From Myxococcota bacterium (GTDB lineage Bacteria > Myxococcota_A > Polyangia > Nannocystales > Nannocystaceae), in assembly GCA_039028615.1 (NCBI GenBank), contig JBCCHT010000058.1, positions 1-64,000 on the forward strand: DNA of 64,000 bases, in the 5' to 3' direction. Under the pieces are notes generated by a model. It was not told where the DNA came from and searched no databases. It saw nothing but the letters and a program-made list of their open reading frames with translations. The translations under genes and the position numbers were made by a program. Below, in pieces: positions 19,047 to 28,876 of this stretch. Each line of letters begins with the position of its first letter. Position 1 is the first letter of the stretch.

Positions 19047-20471
19047 ATGACCGACGCGAACGACACGAGCCTGGCCGGACGAATCCTCGTCGTCGACGAC
19101 GAGCGGAACATTCGCCGGACGCTCCGCATGGTGCTCGAGGGCGAGGGCGCGACGGTGGTGGAGGCGGAGACCGGCGAGAAGGCCCTCGTCGAGCTGGCCG
19201 CGGCCGAGCCCGCCATCGAGGCGGTGATCACCGACGTGATGATGCCCGGGATCTCGGGGCTCACCTTGCTCGAGCGCCTGCGTGACCCCGACAGCGGCCG
19301 TCCTCCGGTCCCCGTGATCATGATCAGCGGGCATGCCACGGTCGAGGATGCGGTCAAGGCCACCCGCCTCGGCGCGTTCGACTTCTTCGAGAAGCCGCTG
19401 GCCCGCGATCGCGTCATCGTCAGCGTGCGCAATGCCCTGCGCCAGTATCGGGCCGAGCAGCGCGTTCGGGCCCTGCGGCAGCGCATCCGCGGCTCGATCA
19501 TCGGCGAGAGTACGCCGATGAAGACCCTGCTCGCCCAAGTCGCCAAGGTCGGGCGCAGCAAGGCGCGCGTGCTGATCACGGGAGAGAGCGGCTCCGGCAA
19601 GGAGCTCGTCGCCCGGGCCGTGCACGAGGCCAGCGACCGGCGGGATGCACCCTTCGTCAAGGTCAACTGCGCCGCGATCCCCCGCGAGCTGATCGAGAGC
19701 GAGCTGTTCGGCCACGAGCGCGGGGCCTTCACGGGGGCCACCGCCCAGAAGCTGGGCCTGTTCGAGGTCGCCGACGGGGGCACCATCTTCCTCGACGAGA
19801 TTGGCGACATGGCTCTCGGCGCTCAGGCCAAGGTGCTCCGGGTGCTCCAGAGCGGCGAGATCATGCGCGTGGGCGGCCGCAAGCTCTCGGTGGTCGACGT
19901 GCGGGTGCTGGCGGCCACGCACAAGAACCTGCCCGAGCTGGTCACCCACGGTGAGTTCCGCGAAGACCTCTACTTCCGCCTCAACGTCGTGCCCATCCAC
20001 GTGCCGCCGCTGCGCGAGCGGGCCGAGGACATCCCGCTGCTCGTGCGGAGCTTCATCGACGAGGCGTGCCGCGAAAACGGCATGACCGACAAGCCCATCG
20101 ACGACGCCGCGCTGGGGATGCTGGTGCGCTACCGCTGGCCGGGCAACGTCCGCGAGCTGCGAAACGTGATCGAGCGGATGGTGATCCTCTCGGACGCCGA
20201 CCTGCTGCCGTCGGACGTGCCCCCCGAGATTCAGGGCGACGAGCAGGTCGCGGCCGACTCCGGTTCGTTGGTCGAGATGAACGACAAGGGCTTCGAGCTC
20301 CCCGAGGGGCTCTCGCTGCGAGAGTTTCGGGAGGCGGTGGAGCGGGCGTTCATCTCACGTCGCCTGCAGGAGCTCGGATGGAACGTGTCGCGCACCGCCG
20401 AGTCGCTGGGCGTGGAGCGGACGCACCTGCACAAGAAGATGAAGGTGCTCGGGATTCAGCGCGGAGGCTGA
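19047..20471 (+). CDS. Sigma54-dependent response regulator (NtrC/NtrX-type)
   Basis: Receiver VVDDE...TDVMMP...K; GESGSGKE, ELFGHERGAFTGA, FLDEIGDM, WPGNVREL; Fis-type HTH. Confidence 0.95.
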   Translation: MTDANDTSLAGRILVVDDERNIRRTLRMVLEGEGATVVEAETGEKALVELAAAEPAIEAVITDVMMPGISGLTLLERLRDPDSGRPPVPVIMISGHATVEDAVKATRLGAFDFFEKPLARDRVIVSVRNALRQYRAEQRVRALRQRIRGSIIGESTPMKTLLAQVAKVGRSKARVLITGESGSGKELVARAVHEASDRRDAPFVKVNCAAIPRELIESELFGHERGAFTGATAQKLGLFEVADGGTIFLDEIGDMALGAQAKVLRVLQSGEIMRVGGRKLSVVDVRVLAATHKNLPELVTHGEFREDLYFRLNVVPIHVPPLRERAEDIPLLVRSFIDEACRENGMTDKPIDDAALGMLVRYRWPGNVRELRNVIERMVILSDADLLPSDVPPEIQGDEQVAADSGSLVEMNDKGFELPEGLSLREFREAVERAFISRRLQELGWNVSRTAESLGVERTHLHKKMKVLGIQRGG

Positions 20472-20495
20472 GTCCCGCGGTGCGTGCCGCTCTCG

Positions 20496-20957
20496 CTAGG
20501 GGCAGGTCTTGCAGGAATCGAACACGATCTTCGCGTGCCCGCCAGCTCGGTGTACCCGCAGCCAGTCCTTGACCAGGCTGCGCCCGCCCTTCTTGGACCA
20601 GGCTTTCTCGAGGGCCTGGACGAGCACCTCGTTGCGCAGGCGAAAGTCGTGGACCAAGCCCTTCATATCCGCGAGCTGCTGGGTGAGAGCCGTGACATGG
20701 GCATTGAGGCCCTTTGCCCGACCTTCCGCGTCGGCGAGCTTTTCATTGGCCGTCGTCAGCTGATCTTCGGCCCGTTCGGCGCGCTGCTGTGCGTCCATAC
20801 GGTCGGCCTGGCTCTGGGTCAGAGCGCTGCGAGTGTGCTTCACCTCGGTTTCGAGCTGCGCAACCTTGATTCGGTAGGCACAGCCCCCTTGGCTGAGCAT
20901 GAGCCCCACCAATAGGCTCGCGCCGCGCATTCCCATCGTCATCGTCGTTCGTTGCAT
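20496..20957 (-). CDS. Coiled-coil putative lipoprotein
   Basis: Hydrophobic leader ending GGC, then heptad-rich helix; C-terminal CKTC. Start uncertain. Confidence 0.6.
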   Translation of the reverse strand: MQRTTMTMGMRGASLLVGLMLSQGGCAYRIKVAQLETEVKHTRSALTQSQADRMDAQQRAERAEDQLTTANEKLADAEGRAKGLNAHVTALTQQLADMKGLVHDFRLRNEVLVQALEKAWSKKGGRSLVKDWLRVHRAGGHAKIVFDSCKTCP

Positions 20958-21081
20958 CGTTCCACCATTCATTTTTCGACTGGCACGCAGCACCATCGGC
21001 GCTACCCGTGCCGGGTTGCATAGGGTCGGTCTCGTAAACTCGTCCGTCGTACGCGACGGTGTCTTTTCGGGCGCGCCGAAC

Positions 21082-21717
21082 TCAGCCGTCGTCCATCGAC
21101 GCGGGCGCCTTGTTGTGAATCGACTCGAGCCAGGTCTCGAGCCCGCCGCGCGTCGACAGGCGATGCGATGCGGCGCGGAAGCCCTCCAGCGTACGGCGCA
21201 GTCGCGCCTTGGCGGTGCGGACGTGGTTGTAGATCTTGTCCGGGGCGACGCCGATCTTCTCGGCGATTTCGTGGCGGCTCTTGTCGCCGACGAAGTCGTA
21301 ATAGAACAGCAGCTGGTCGTCGATCGGCATCGTGCGAAGCGCCTTGATCATGAGCTTCTCTTCCTGCCGCTGGGCGATGAGAGACGGCGCGCTGCCCTTG
21401 GGCACGTCGGGGCCCGCCTCGCCATCGAGCGGGTCGTGGGCGCGTCGCCGGGCCTGCGACAACACGCTGAACACCACCACCTTGGCCAGATAGGCGCGGA
21501 AGCTGGTCTCGATCATCTCCCGCTTGCGGACCACGATGGTCATCGCGTGCTGGGTCGCTTCTTCGACGTCGTCCTTGTTGCGCAGGCGCTTGCGGGCGAT
21601 GTCGTGGGCGTAGCCGTAGTGGCGACGAATCAAGCGGTTGCCGGCTTCGCGATCACCCTCGCGCCACTGTTGGAGCAGGACCATGTCATCGTGGTGAGTG
21701 TCGTCGTCGTGGGACAT
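21082..21717 (-). CDS. ECF RNA polymerase sigma factor
   Basis: LLQQWREGDREAGNRLIRRH, DVEEATQ, SFRAYL, ALRTMP..., EIAEKIGV....YNHVRTAKARL; aaggag RBS 6 nt before the ATG. Confidence 0.85.
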   Translation of the reverse strand: MSHDDDTHHDDMVLLQQWREGDREAGNRLIRRHYGYAHDIARKRLRNKDDVEEATQHAMTIVVRKREMIETSFRAYLAKVVVFSVLSQARRRAHDPLDGEAGPDVPKGSAPSLIAQRQEEKLMIKALRTMPIDDQLLFYYDFVGDKSRHEIAEKIGVAPDKIYNHVRTAKARLRRTLEGFRAASHRLSTRGGLETWLESIHNKAPASMDDG

Positions 21718-21858
21718 GGCCATCTCCTTCGGCGGTTTTTCGAGGCGTGACACCATGGTGCCGTTGCGTTGCGTCGGTCTCGGGTCGATGCCGTCGTCGG
21801 CATTCAAACATCCGGTGACGATGGGAAGTGCTGCGAAGGCGACCCATCTTCACCGGCC

Positions 21859-21873
21859 ATCGAAAAAAAATCG
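21859..21873 (-). promoter_or_regulatory. CGA-T8-CGAT motif, copy 1 (putative promoter/UP-like element)
   Basis: Exact reverse complement of 27982-27996; lies in the divergent intergenic region upstream of the ECF gene. Confidence 0.35.
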
Positions 21874-21888
21874 TGGTACCGTCGAACG

Positions 21889-23166
21889 GTGTTTGTGAGT
21901 ACGGCCAGAGGCCTTTGGGGCCAGGGGTGCCTATGGGCCGGCATGGGTCTCGGAGCGGCCTGCACCGAGTCGCCACCCCCGGCCAGCACCTCGTGCGCGG
22001 GCAATGTCGATTGCCCCGCCGGGCAGCGCTGCGAGTTCGACTCTGCGCTCGAAGCCAACGTCTGCGTCGACGACGACGGCACCACCTCCCCAGGCCTCAC
22101 GAGCGCCGCATCGGGGGTGGAGCCGTCCACGGGTGCCGACCCCTCGAGCACCGAGGGCACGAGTGCCTCGATGTCCGACTCGTCCGGCCCCACGGCGGAC
22201 TCCACCGGGACTCCGGGCAGCTGCCCCGCGCCGTTCTTCGAGGTCGACGGCGAATGCCTCGGCATCACCCGACTCGACTTCCTCACCACCTGCACCGCGT
22301 CCAACGTCGAGTACACGTTCGATCTGCCTCCGGGCGCCGACACGCTGATCGTGCCGTCGGTCACCGTCTACGGGCCGGGCGACGTGCTGATCGAGCCCGA
22401 CGGTTCCCGCGATCAGGTCTTTCACATCGAGACGTCGATCGATCGCGGTGCCGGATCGATCGACGTCACCATCGGCTGTGCGCTGGCCGGGGATGTGCCC
22501 AACAACGCGCTGCAGGGCTACGTCACCGCCATCGGTCTGCCTTCGGGGTCGCTGGTGGGGACCTCCGCGCATCCCTTCACCCACGCGGCCACCTGCGGGA
22601 TGTCGTCTTCGTTCACGCAGCCGCTGCCCGCGTTCGACGACGCGGCGTTCGATAGCGTCACCCGCTTCACGGCCGTCACCGCGCTGGAGCTGCCGACCTG
22701 GTTCGACACCAGCCTGCACAATCGCGACACCACCTTCGAGACGTCGCTCATGGCGGGCGAGCCCTGGGAGCTTACGGGGCGGCTCAACGGGGGCACGGGC
22801 GCCGACAGCTTCCGCGTGCAGGCGTATCAGGTCGGGTTGCCGGCCACGGGTGCGGTGCGTGTCGACGTGCAGTCCTTCGACACCTTCACCCTGAGTCCGC
22901 CCGAGATCTTGGAGTTCGAGGGCCTCGGCGGGCGCCGGGTCGCCCCGCTCGTGCTCGTCGAAGACTTCGACTCCGAGGCCCCCGGGCAAGAGTGCAACGC
23001 CGATGTCGACAATGACCTGGCGTTCATGATCGACGTGGCTCCCCTGCCGCCGACCGATGGCCCGATGACCGAGGATTCGCTCACGGTCGAGGTCACGGCG
23101 CTCTCCGACCAGCCGACCTCCGAAGTGCGGGGCCAGGTGGTCGTGTTCTCGATGGCCGCCGATTGA
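21889..23166 (+). CDS. Secreted lipoprotein with Cys-rich module and Ser/Thr linker
   Basis: GAAC lipobox, C..N.DCP.GQRC...C module, S/T/G linker, beta-rich acidic body. Start uncertain. Confidence 0.7.
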   Translation: MFVSTARGLWGQGCLWAGMGLGAACTESPPPASTSCAGNVDCPAGQRCEFDSALEANVCVDDDGTTSPGLTSAASGVEPSTGADPSSTEGTSASMSDSSGPTADSTGTPGSCPAPFFEVDGECLGITRLDFLTTCTASNVEYTFDLPPGADTLIVPSVTVYGPGDVLIEPDGSRDQVFHIETSIDRGAGSIDVTIGCALAGDVPNNALQGYVTAIGLPSGSLVGTSAHPFTHAATCGMSSSFTQPLPAFDDAAFDSVTRFTAVTALELPTWFDTSLHNRDTTFETSLMAGEPWELTGRLNGGTGADSFRVQAYQVGLPATGAVRVDVQSFDTFTLSPPEILEFEGLGGRRVAPLVLVEDFDSEAPGQECNADVDNDLAFMIDVAPLPPTDGPMTEDSLTVEVTALSDQPTSEVRGQVVVFSMAAD

Positions 23167-23176
23167 TCGCGGTATC

Positions 23177-24103
23177 ATGAACGGGGTGAGCGGCCAGGGC
23201 AGCTCGATGGCGGCAGTCGGGGGACGAGCCCGCGCGGGCCGTATTGTGAGTATGGTGGTCGCGCTGAGCCTGTCGTTGCCCGCGTCGTCATGGGCGGCAC
23301 CATCGACCGACGAAAAGGCGCTGGTCGACGACTTTCAGCAAGGTCAGCGGCTCGAGAACGAGGGCAAGTTCGTCGAAGCGGCCGAGGTGTATCAAGCGGT
23401 CTACGAGGCGATCGAAGAGGGCAAGGGCAAGCACTCCTGGAAGGCGCAGGCGCTGGCGAAGTACGTGGAGGCGCTCGAGCGCGCTCACGATGCCGATCGC
23501 GACCCCGAGCATCTTCGTCGGGCGCGGGCGCTCGTCGTTCAGTACGAGGCCGTGCTTCGGGCCGTGTACGCGGGGGATGCCGAATCGTTGAACGGCTATG
23601 GGTATTGCACCGATGCGTTGGCCAGGCTCGACGAAACGCTGGCCGCGTTCCCCGAGGAGCCCGAACTCGAGCCCGAGCCGGAGCCCGCGGGAGAGCCCGA
23701 GCCGGAGCCTCAACCCGCACCCGAGCCGGAGCCCGAGCCGGAGCCCGAACCCGAGCCGAGCCCACCCGCCGTCGATCGTGGTCTGCTGATCGGCGGAGCG
23801 GTTGCGACGACCTTCGGTGGCCTCTCGGCGGTCGGCATGGGAGTCAGCCTCGGTTTCGGCACGAGGGCACGGACCGACTATCGCGAGGGCCCCACGCGTG
23901 CGGACCGAGATGCAGCGGCCGCGATGGGTCGTCGCGCGAACGCATCGGCCATCGCCACTGGCATCATCGCGGCAGCGCTCGTGACCGGAGGCGCGGTGCT
24001 CCTGGCCGTCGCGCTTCGACGGGCTCGACCCCACGACGACTCGACCGCCCGAGCCTGCCGCCGATGGGCCGCGCCGTTTCAGGCTCGATGGGGGATGTTT
24101 TGA
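23177..24103 (+). CDS. TPR-like exported protein with (EP)n linker and C-terminal TM hairpin
   Basis: Signal-like LSLSLPASSWA, helical FQQG..LE.EGKFVEAAEVY, EP repeats, two Gly/Ala-rich TM segments. Confidence 0.7.
   Translation: MNGVSGQGSSMAAVGGRARAGRIVSMVVALSLSLPASSWAAPSTDEKALVDDFQQGQRLENEGKFVEAAEVYQAVYEAIEEGKGKHSWKAQALAKYVEALERAHDADRDPEHLRRARALVVQYEAVLRAVYAGDAESLNGYGYCTDALARLDETLAAFPEEPELEPEPEPAGEPEPEPQPAPEPEPEPEPEPEPSPPAVDRGLLIGGAVATTFGGLSAVGMGVSLGFGTRARTDYREGPTRADRDAAAAMGRRANASAIATGIIAAALVTGGAVLLAVALRRARPHDDSTARACRRWAAPFQARWGMF
23654..23763 (+). repeat. Hexanucleotide (gagccc/gagccg)n coding repeat, Glu-Pro linker
   Basis: Directly visible imperfect 6-bp tandem repeat. Confidence 0.7.
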
Positions 24104-24525
24104 TGCGGCTTCGCCGAACGACGTGGCTCGGGTTGCTGACGGTCTCGCTGCTCGCGTGCTTCGACTACGAGGATCTCGAGGGCCAACCCTGCGAGCGCTC
24201 CGTGGACTGCAACGAACGCCAGATCTGCGTGAACTCGGTGTGCTGGTCGATCGACGGCGACCCCTCGTATCAACCCTGCGCTGCCGATGGCACGTGCGAA
24301 GGCGACGGCGAGTTCTGCTGGATGGAGTCGGAGACCGACGAGTTTTCGTTCTGCGGTGCGTCTTGCGCGCGGGACTCCGAGTGCCCTCCTGCACTGCCGG
24401 ACGGCACCGCCGTGCCTCGCTGTGCATCATCGGGCCAGGGTCGGTTCTGCCGCTTGGAGTGTGATGCTCATCTGCGATGCCCCGACGACATGACGTGTCG
24501 CTCGGGAGTCTGTTACTGGCCGTAG
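24103..24525 (+). CDS. Cys-rich lipoprotein
   Basis: TGATG overlap; LLAC lipobox; about 16 further Cys in 140 aa. Confidence 0.75.
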   Translation: MRLRRTTWLGLLTVSLLACFDYEDLEGQPCERSVDCNERQICVNSVCWSIDGDPSYQPCAADGTCEGDGEFCWMESETDEFSFCGASCARDSECPPALPDGTAVPRCASSGQGRFCRLECDAHLRCPDDMTCRSGVCYWP

Positions 24526-24601
24526 TCCGCCACCGCCGTCGCCCGATGGACTCCGAATCGCGCGTCGACTAGATTGGCCGACGAGGTCAGGGCCGACCCT
24601 C

Positions 24602-26143
24602 ATGGACGAAGACCGCCCTGCAACATCACAAGAGCAGGAGGCCGCGGACGCCCACGCCGCGATGGAGGCGTTGATGCAGCTCAACACCGAGGGGCGGCTC
24701 TACGAGCCTCCCGAGGTGGGAGCGACCCTCGGCGACTCGTGGAAGCTGACCCGATGGCTCGGCTCGGGCGGCTTCGGGCACGTCTACGAGGCGTGGGACA
24801 TCGAGCTCGAGCGCACCCGCGCCATCAAGATCCTCGATCCCGCTCGAGCCAGCGAGCAGATGCGGGTCGCGTTTCTGACCGAAGCCCGCCTCATGTCCAA
24901 GCTCGAGGGCAAGCACCTCGTCGAGGTGTTCTTCTGTGGCCGGCTTCCCGAGGGCACGCCCTTTTTCGTCATGGAGATGATCCGCGGCGGCTCGCTGCGC
25001 GCTGCCCTGGGTCGAGGCCTGGCCCCGGACGATGCCATGGAGATCGCCGAGGAGCTGCTCGTTGGCCTCGCCCTGGTCCACGAGCGCGGCTACGTCCACG
25101 GCGATCTCAAGCCCGAGAACATCCTGCTGAGCGAGCACGGGGCGCGGGTTCGGATCGTCGACTTCGGCCTCGCCCGCAAGATGGCCGCCATCGGAGGCAC
25201 CGTCGCCGGGACGCCGCCCTACATGGCGCCCGAGATCCTCCTGGACGGGCGCGAGCCCACGGTCGGCACGGACCTCTTTGCCGTCGCCGTGATGCTCTAC
25301 GAAATGCTCACAGGCGAGCTGCCGCGGGGCCACGTCAGCATGGGCCTGGACGAAATGCGGGACTCCTGGCGTCGGCGCCCCGACATCGACGCCCTGCGAC
25401 TCGCGGGTCGAGCGGGCATCACCGACGCACTCGAGCGGCTCATGGCGCAGGCCCTGTCCACGGACCCCGACGAGCGGCCCCCGTCCGCGAACGCCATGCT
25501 CGAGCGCCTCCGGGCAGCGCGGCCCGGGCCGCGGGTGGCCACGGACTCGCCCACTCCTGCGTCGTCGTCCGTGGACGTGCGGTGGATCTTGCTGGCCGTC
25601 GTTGCGCTGCTCGCCGGGGTCGTCGTCTGGCTCGTGCTTCGGGAGCGTACCGAAGGGCCCTCGTCACCCCGAGTGCCTGCGGCCGCCGCCCTTGAAGAAC
25701 CCTCCGCCGAACCACGCCCGGTCGAGGCTCCACAGGATGATCCCGCCGTGGAGTCATCCGACACCTCGGACGGGAGCGGGCCCACTGGGTCGGGGAGCAC
25801 GGGCGCCGCGTCGACGTCACCGGTGGACGCCCCCGCCAGCGACGAGCGGCCTCCGTCACCGAAAAAGCCCCAGGCGCTCACGCGTGCCCGCTTCGATCGC
25901 ACCATTCGAAGCCTCGACCGCGCCATCGAGGAGTGTGCCCGCAAGACGGACGTCTTCCCCGGCACCGAAGTCACCGTGCGCGTCACGGTCGACGCCAGCG
26001 GGAGCGCCGTCGCGACCGTCGGAGGAGCCGAGGCGAGGCTTCCCATCGGCACGTGCATCCGCGACGTCGTGCAGCGCAAGCGCTTCGATCGAACGAGAGA
26101 CGGCGGCGCGTACGACCATACCTTCCGCCTGCGGGGACCGTGA
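24602..26143 (+). CDS. Hanks-type Ser/Thr protein kinase with TM and extracytoplasmic C-terminal domain
   Basis: LGSGGFGHVY, AIK, HGDLKPEN, DFG, GTPPYMAPE, DLFA; TM WILLAVVALLAGVVVWL. Confidence 0.92.
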   Translation: MDEDRPATSQEQEAADAHAAMEALMQLNTEGRLYEPPEVGATLGDSWKLTRWLGSGGFGHVYEAWDIELERTRAIKILDPARASEQMRVAFLTEARLMSKLEGKHLVEVFFCGRLPEGTPFFVMEMIRGGSLRAALGRGLAPDDAMEIAEELLVGLALVHERGYVHGDLKPENILLSEHGARVRIVDFGLARKMAAIGGTVAGTPPYMAPEILLDGREPTVGTDLFAVAVMLYEMLTGELPRGHVSMGLDEMRDSWRRRPDIDALRLAGRAGITDALERLMAQALSTDPDERPPSANAMLERLRAARPGPRVATDSPTPASSSVDVRWILLAVVALLAGVVVWLVLRERTEGPSSPRVPAAAALEEPSAEPRPVEAPQDDPAVESSDTSDGSGPTGSGSTGAASTSPVDAPASDERPPSPKKPQALTRARFDRTIRSLDRAIEECARKTDVFPGTEVTVRVTVDASGSAVATVGGAEARLPIGTCIRDVVQRKRFDRTRDGGAYDHTFRLRGP

Positions 26144-26170
26144 TCACCCGCAGGCGGCCCGCACCGTCGT

Positions 26171-27571
26171 TCATGCGCTCGCGCGCGTGGCCTGCACCGC
26201 GTTGGCGGGCTCGGGCGCCTCGTTCGAGGGCTCGGGCGCGACCGCAAGGGGGGCTCGGCTGCGCTCCTTTTCCGGGGGCCCGAACGATGGACGCATGCGC
26301 CACTGCTGCTGGGTGATGAGCCGAGCACCGCGGCGGTAGCGGATGTACGACCAGACCCACTGGAAGAACACCAGCGCGCGGTTGCGGAAGCCCACCAGAT
26401 ACAAGATGTGGACGAAGCACCACGCGAGCCAAGCGACGAAGCCCGTCATGCGGAAGCGGCCGCTCTGCACCACGGCCGAGGCCCGACCCACGGTGGCCAT
26501 GATGCCTTTGTCGAAGTACTCGAAGTCTTCCCGCGGCTCCGAGCGGAGGTCGTGCAGGATGTTGTTCGCGGCGTGGCGCCCCTGCTGAATGGCCGCGGGG
26601 GCGAGGCCGGGGACCGGCTCACCGTCGGCTTTGCGTACGTGAGCCTGGTCGCCGATGACGAAGACCTCGGGATGCCCGGGCAGGCTGAGGTCGTCCGAGA
26701 CCACCACGCGCCCCGCCCCATCGAGCTCGACGCCCAGGCTGCGCCCGACCGACGAGGCCCGCACGCCCGCCGCCCACAGTACGGTGTCGGCGTAGACCAT
26801 CTCGCCACCCGCCTCCACGTGGTCGTCCGAGATGTCGGTGACCCGGGTGTTGGTCCACACCGTGACCCCGAGTTTCTCCAAGCTCCGGGTTGCTGCACGT
26901 GACATCTCGGGGTCGAACGCCGACAACAGGCGCGGCCCGCCCTCGATGAGCATCACTCGGGTGCCGCCCGGATCGATGCGGCTGAAGTCGCGGCTCAACG
27001 TATGGCGGCTGAGTTCACCCAGCGCCCCGGCCAGTTCGACACCCGTCGGGCCACCGCCCACCACCACGAAGGTCAGCAAGCGTCGGCGTCGCTCGGGGTC
27101 GGCCTCGATTTCCGCCCGTTCGTACGCCGTCAGCACTCGGCGACGGATCTCCGTGGCTTGCTCGATCGTCTTGAGCCCCGGCGCATGCGGCTCCCACTCG
27201 TCGTGCCCGAAATACGCATGCGTCGCCCCGCAGGCGAGCACCAGCGAGTCGTACTCCAGCGGCCCCGCCGACGTGTGCACGCGACGCTCGGCGAGGTCCA
27301 CCCGCTGCACCTCCGCCATGCGCACGCTGATCCGCGGGTCGTTCTCGAACAGCGACCGAATCGGCGTCGAGATGTCCGCCGGGCTCAGCCCCGCCATCGC
27401 CACCTGGTACAGCAGCGGCTGAAACAGGTGATGGTTGCGCCGATCGACCAGCGTGATGCGTAGCGAGCGAGGCCCGCTCGACAGCAGCCGCCGGGCCGTA
27501 TTCAGCCCCGCAAAGCCCCCGCCCACGATCACCACATGCGTGGTCTCTTCCGATCTGGCCCTATCGCCCAC
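26171..27571 (-). CDS. ndh: Type II NADH dehydrogenase (NDH-2)
   Basis: VVIVGGGFAG, NHHLFQPLLYQVA, GLKTIEQA, VVGGGPTGVELAG, WAAGV, AIQQG, YFDKGIMATVGR. Confidence 0.9.
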   Translation of the reverse strand: MGDRARSEETTHVVIVGGGFAGLNTARRLLSSGPRSLRITLVDRRNHHLFQPLLYQVAMAGLSPADISTPIRSLFENDPRISVRMAEVQRVDLAERRVHTSAGPLEYDSLVLACGATHAYFGHDEWEPHAPGLKTIEQATEIRRRVLTAYERAEIEADPERRRRLLTFVVVGGGPTGVELAGALGELSRHTLSRDFSRIDPGGTRVMLIEGGPRLLSAFDPEMSRAATRSLEKLGVTVWTNTRVTDISDDHVEAGGEMVYADTVLWAAGVRASSVGRSLGVELDGAGRVVVSDDLSLPGHPEVFVIGDQAHVRKADGEPVPGLAPAAIQQGRHAANNILHDLRSEPREDFEYFDKGIMATVGRASAVVQSGRFRMTGFVAWLAWCFVHILYLVGFRNRALVFFQWVWSYIRYRRGARLITQQQWRMRPSFGPPEKERSRAPLAVAPEPSNEAPEPANAVQATRASA

Positions 27572-27981
27572 GCCAGCAATCTAAGTCCGCAGCTCCGGGA
27601 CGCCAGTGGAAGCAACCCCCTCGAAAATCGAGAAATCTCCCGTCGGATTCCCACCGAACTCGCCCTGATTGCTGGTCGCCACGAAACCTCGGGTCCCCCT
27701 GCCGTTTCCGCCCCCGAAACCCACGGCGAACCCCCCTGCGAACCCCCCTGCCCAACGGCAGAACCGTTTCCGGACCCACGCATCGGCATCTCCACCCACC
27801 CGCGCAGGGCGGCGCCGAGCCCCATGGCCTCGGCCGATGTGAGCGGCAGGCTCCGTTAGCCGCAACTCATCGGGGCGGCCAGCTCCGTTCGTCGCGACCC
27901 CCTCGTGGTCGGCCGCCTCCGTCCGCCGAGCCCCCTTGTGGACGTCCGGCTCGGTTCGCCGAGCCCGATCCCGTCGCCCTC

Positions 27982-27996
27982 CGATTTTTTTTCGAT
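27982..27996 (+). promoter_or_regulatory. CGA-T8-CGAT motif, copy 2
   Basis: Same 15-mer as the reverse complement of 21859-21873; about 105 bp upstream of the ATG at 28103. Confidence 0.35.
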
Positions 27997-28102
27997 TTCG
28001 GCGATCACAATTCCTCGCCGCGACATGTTGGTGGGCCGCCGACGCGGAACGGTGCTCGGACCCCGAGCCCCGACGGCAACGAAGGCGCGGCAGGAGCCCC
28101 CA

Positions 28103-28876
28103 ATGAACGCCCAAAAGACCAGCCCTCCCACTCGCGATGCCGCGCGCGCGCTCGGGCGGCCCAGCCTCCGAGCGGTCGCCATCGCGATCACGATCGCCTT
28201 GTCCGGCTGCAAAGCTGCAGCGGCCCCCCGCCATCCCGATACCGACGACCAAGCGTGGCCCAATGCAGACCGCTCCCAGGAGTCGGCAGCGTCCTATTGC
28301 AGACGCGTCGCCATCAATGCCGACGCGTATGCGCAGACACAACTCGGAGTAGGAATCGCGCTGGCCGCGGTCGCGGGTGGCGGCACGATCGTCGGCACCG
28401 CGATGGGCCCCGGTCGTGGCAGCGACCCCAACTGGGCAGAAGAGAACCGGAACGCCCTAGTCCTGGGCGCCTCCGCACTAGTCGGAGCCGTGGCGAGCAC
28501 GATCTTGGTCCTGAGCCGCAACTCCTCCAACGTCTCGGAAGCGGCCACCCTGGCCATGATGGAGCGGGACGAAGAGATGAAGATGAGGCTCTGCCTGGCC
28601 GCTCGGGCTCAGCTGGCAGCGGGCCGCGCGAACGCGACCGGAGCCCTGATGGACCGCCTCGAAACCGTCCCGTCCGGCGACCCCGCCGACGGTAAATCCG
28701 ACCAGAGCAACCCCCCAACCGCCCTCACCAACGATCGAGCGACGGCCTCCCCCACACCGCCCCCCTCCCCAGACAACGAGACCGAGCCCACCACCACCCC
28801 GGCCGAGGACGCCGAAGAACCCCAAGTCCGGGAGGGCCTGTCCCTCCTTCCCCGACAACAACCCCCCGAGGGATGA
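28103..28876 (+). CDS. Hypothetical membrane lipoprotein
   Basis: aggag RBS; ALSGC lipobox; two Gly/Ala TM segments; P/T-rich tail. Confidence 0.65.
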   Translation: MNAQKTSPPTRDAARALGRPSLRAVAIAITIALSGCKAAAAPRHPDTDDQAWPNADRSQESAASYCRRVAINADAYAQTQLGVGIALAAVAGGGTIVGTAMGPGRGSDPNWAEENRNALVLGASALVGAVASTILVLSRNSSNVSEAATLAMMERDEEMKMRLCLAARAQLAAGRANATGALMDRLETVPSGDPADGKSDQSNPPTALTNDRATASPTPPPSPDNETEPTTTPAEDAEEPQVREGLSLLPRQQPPEG

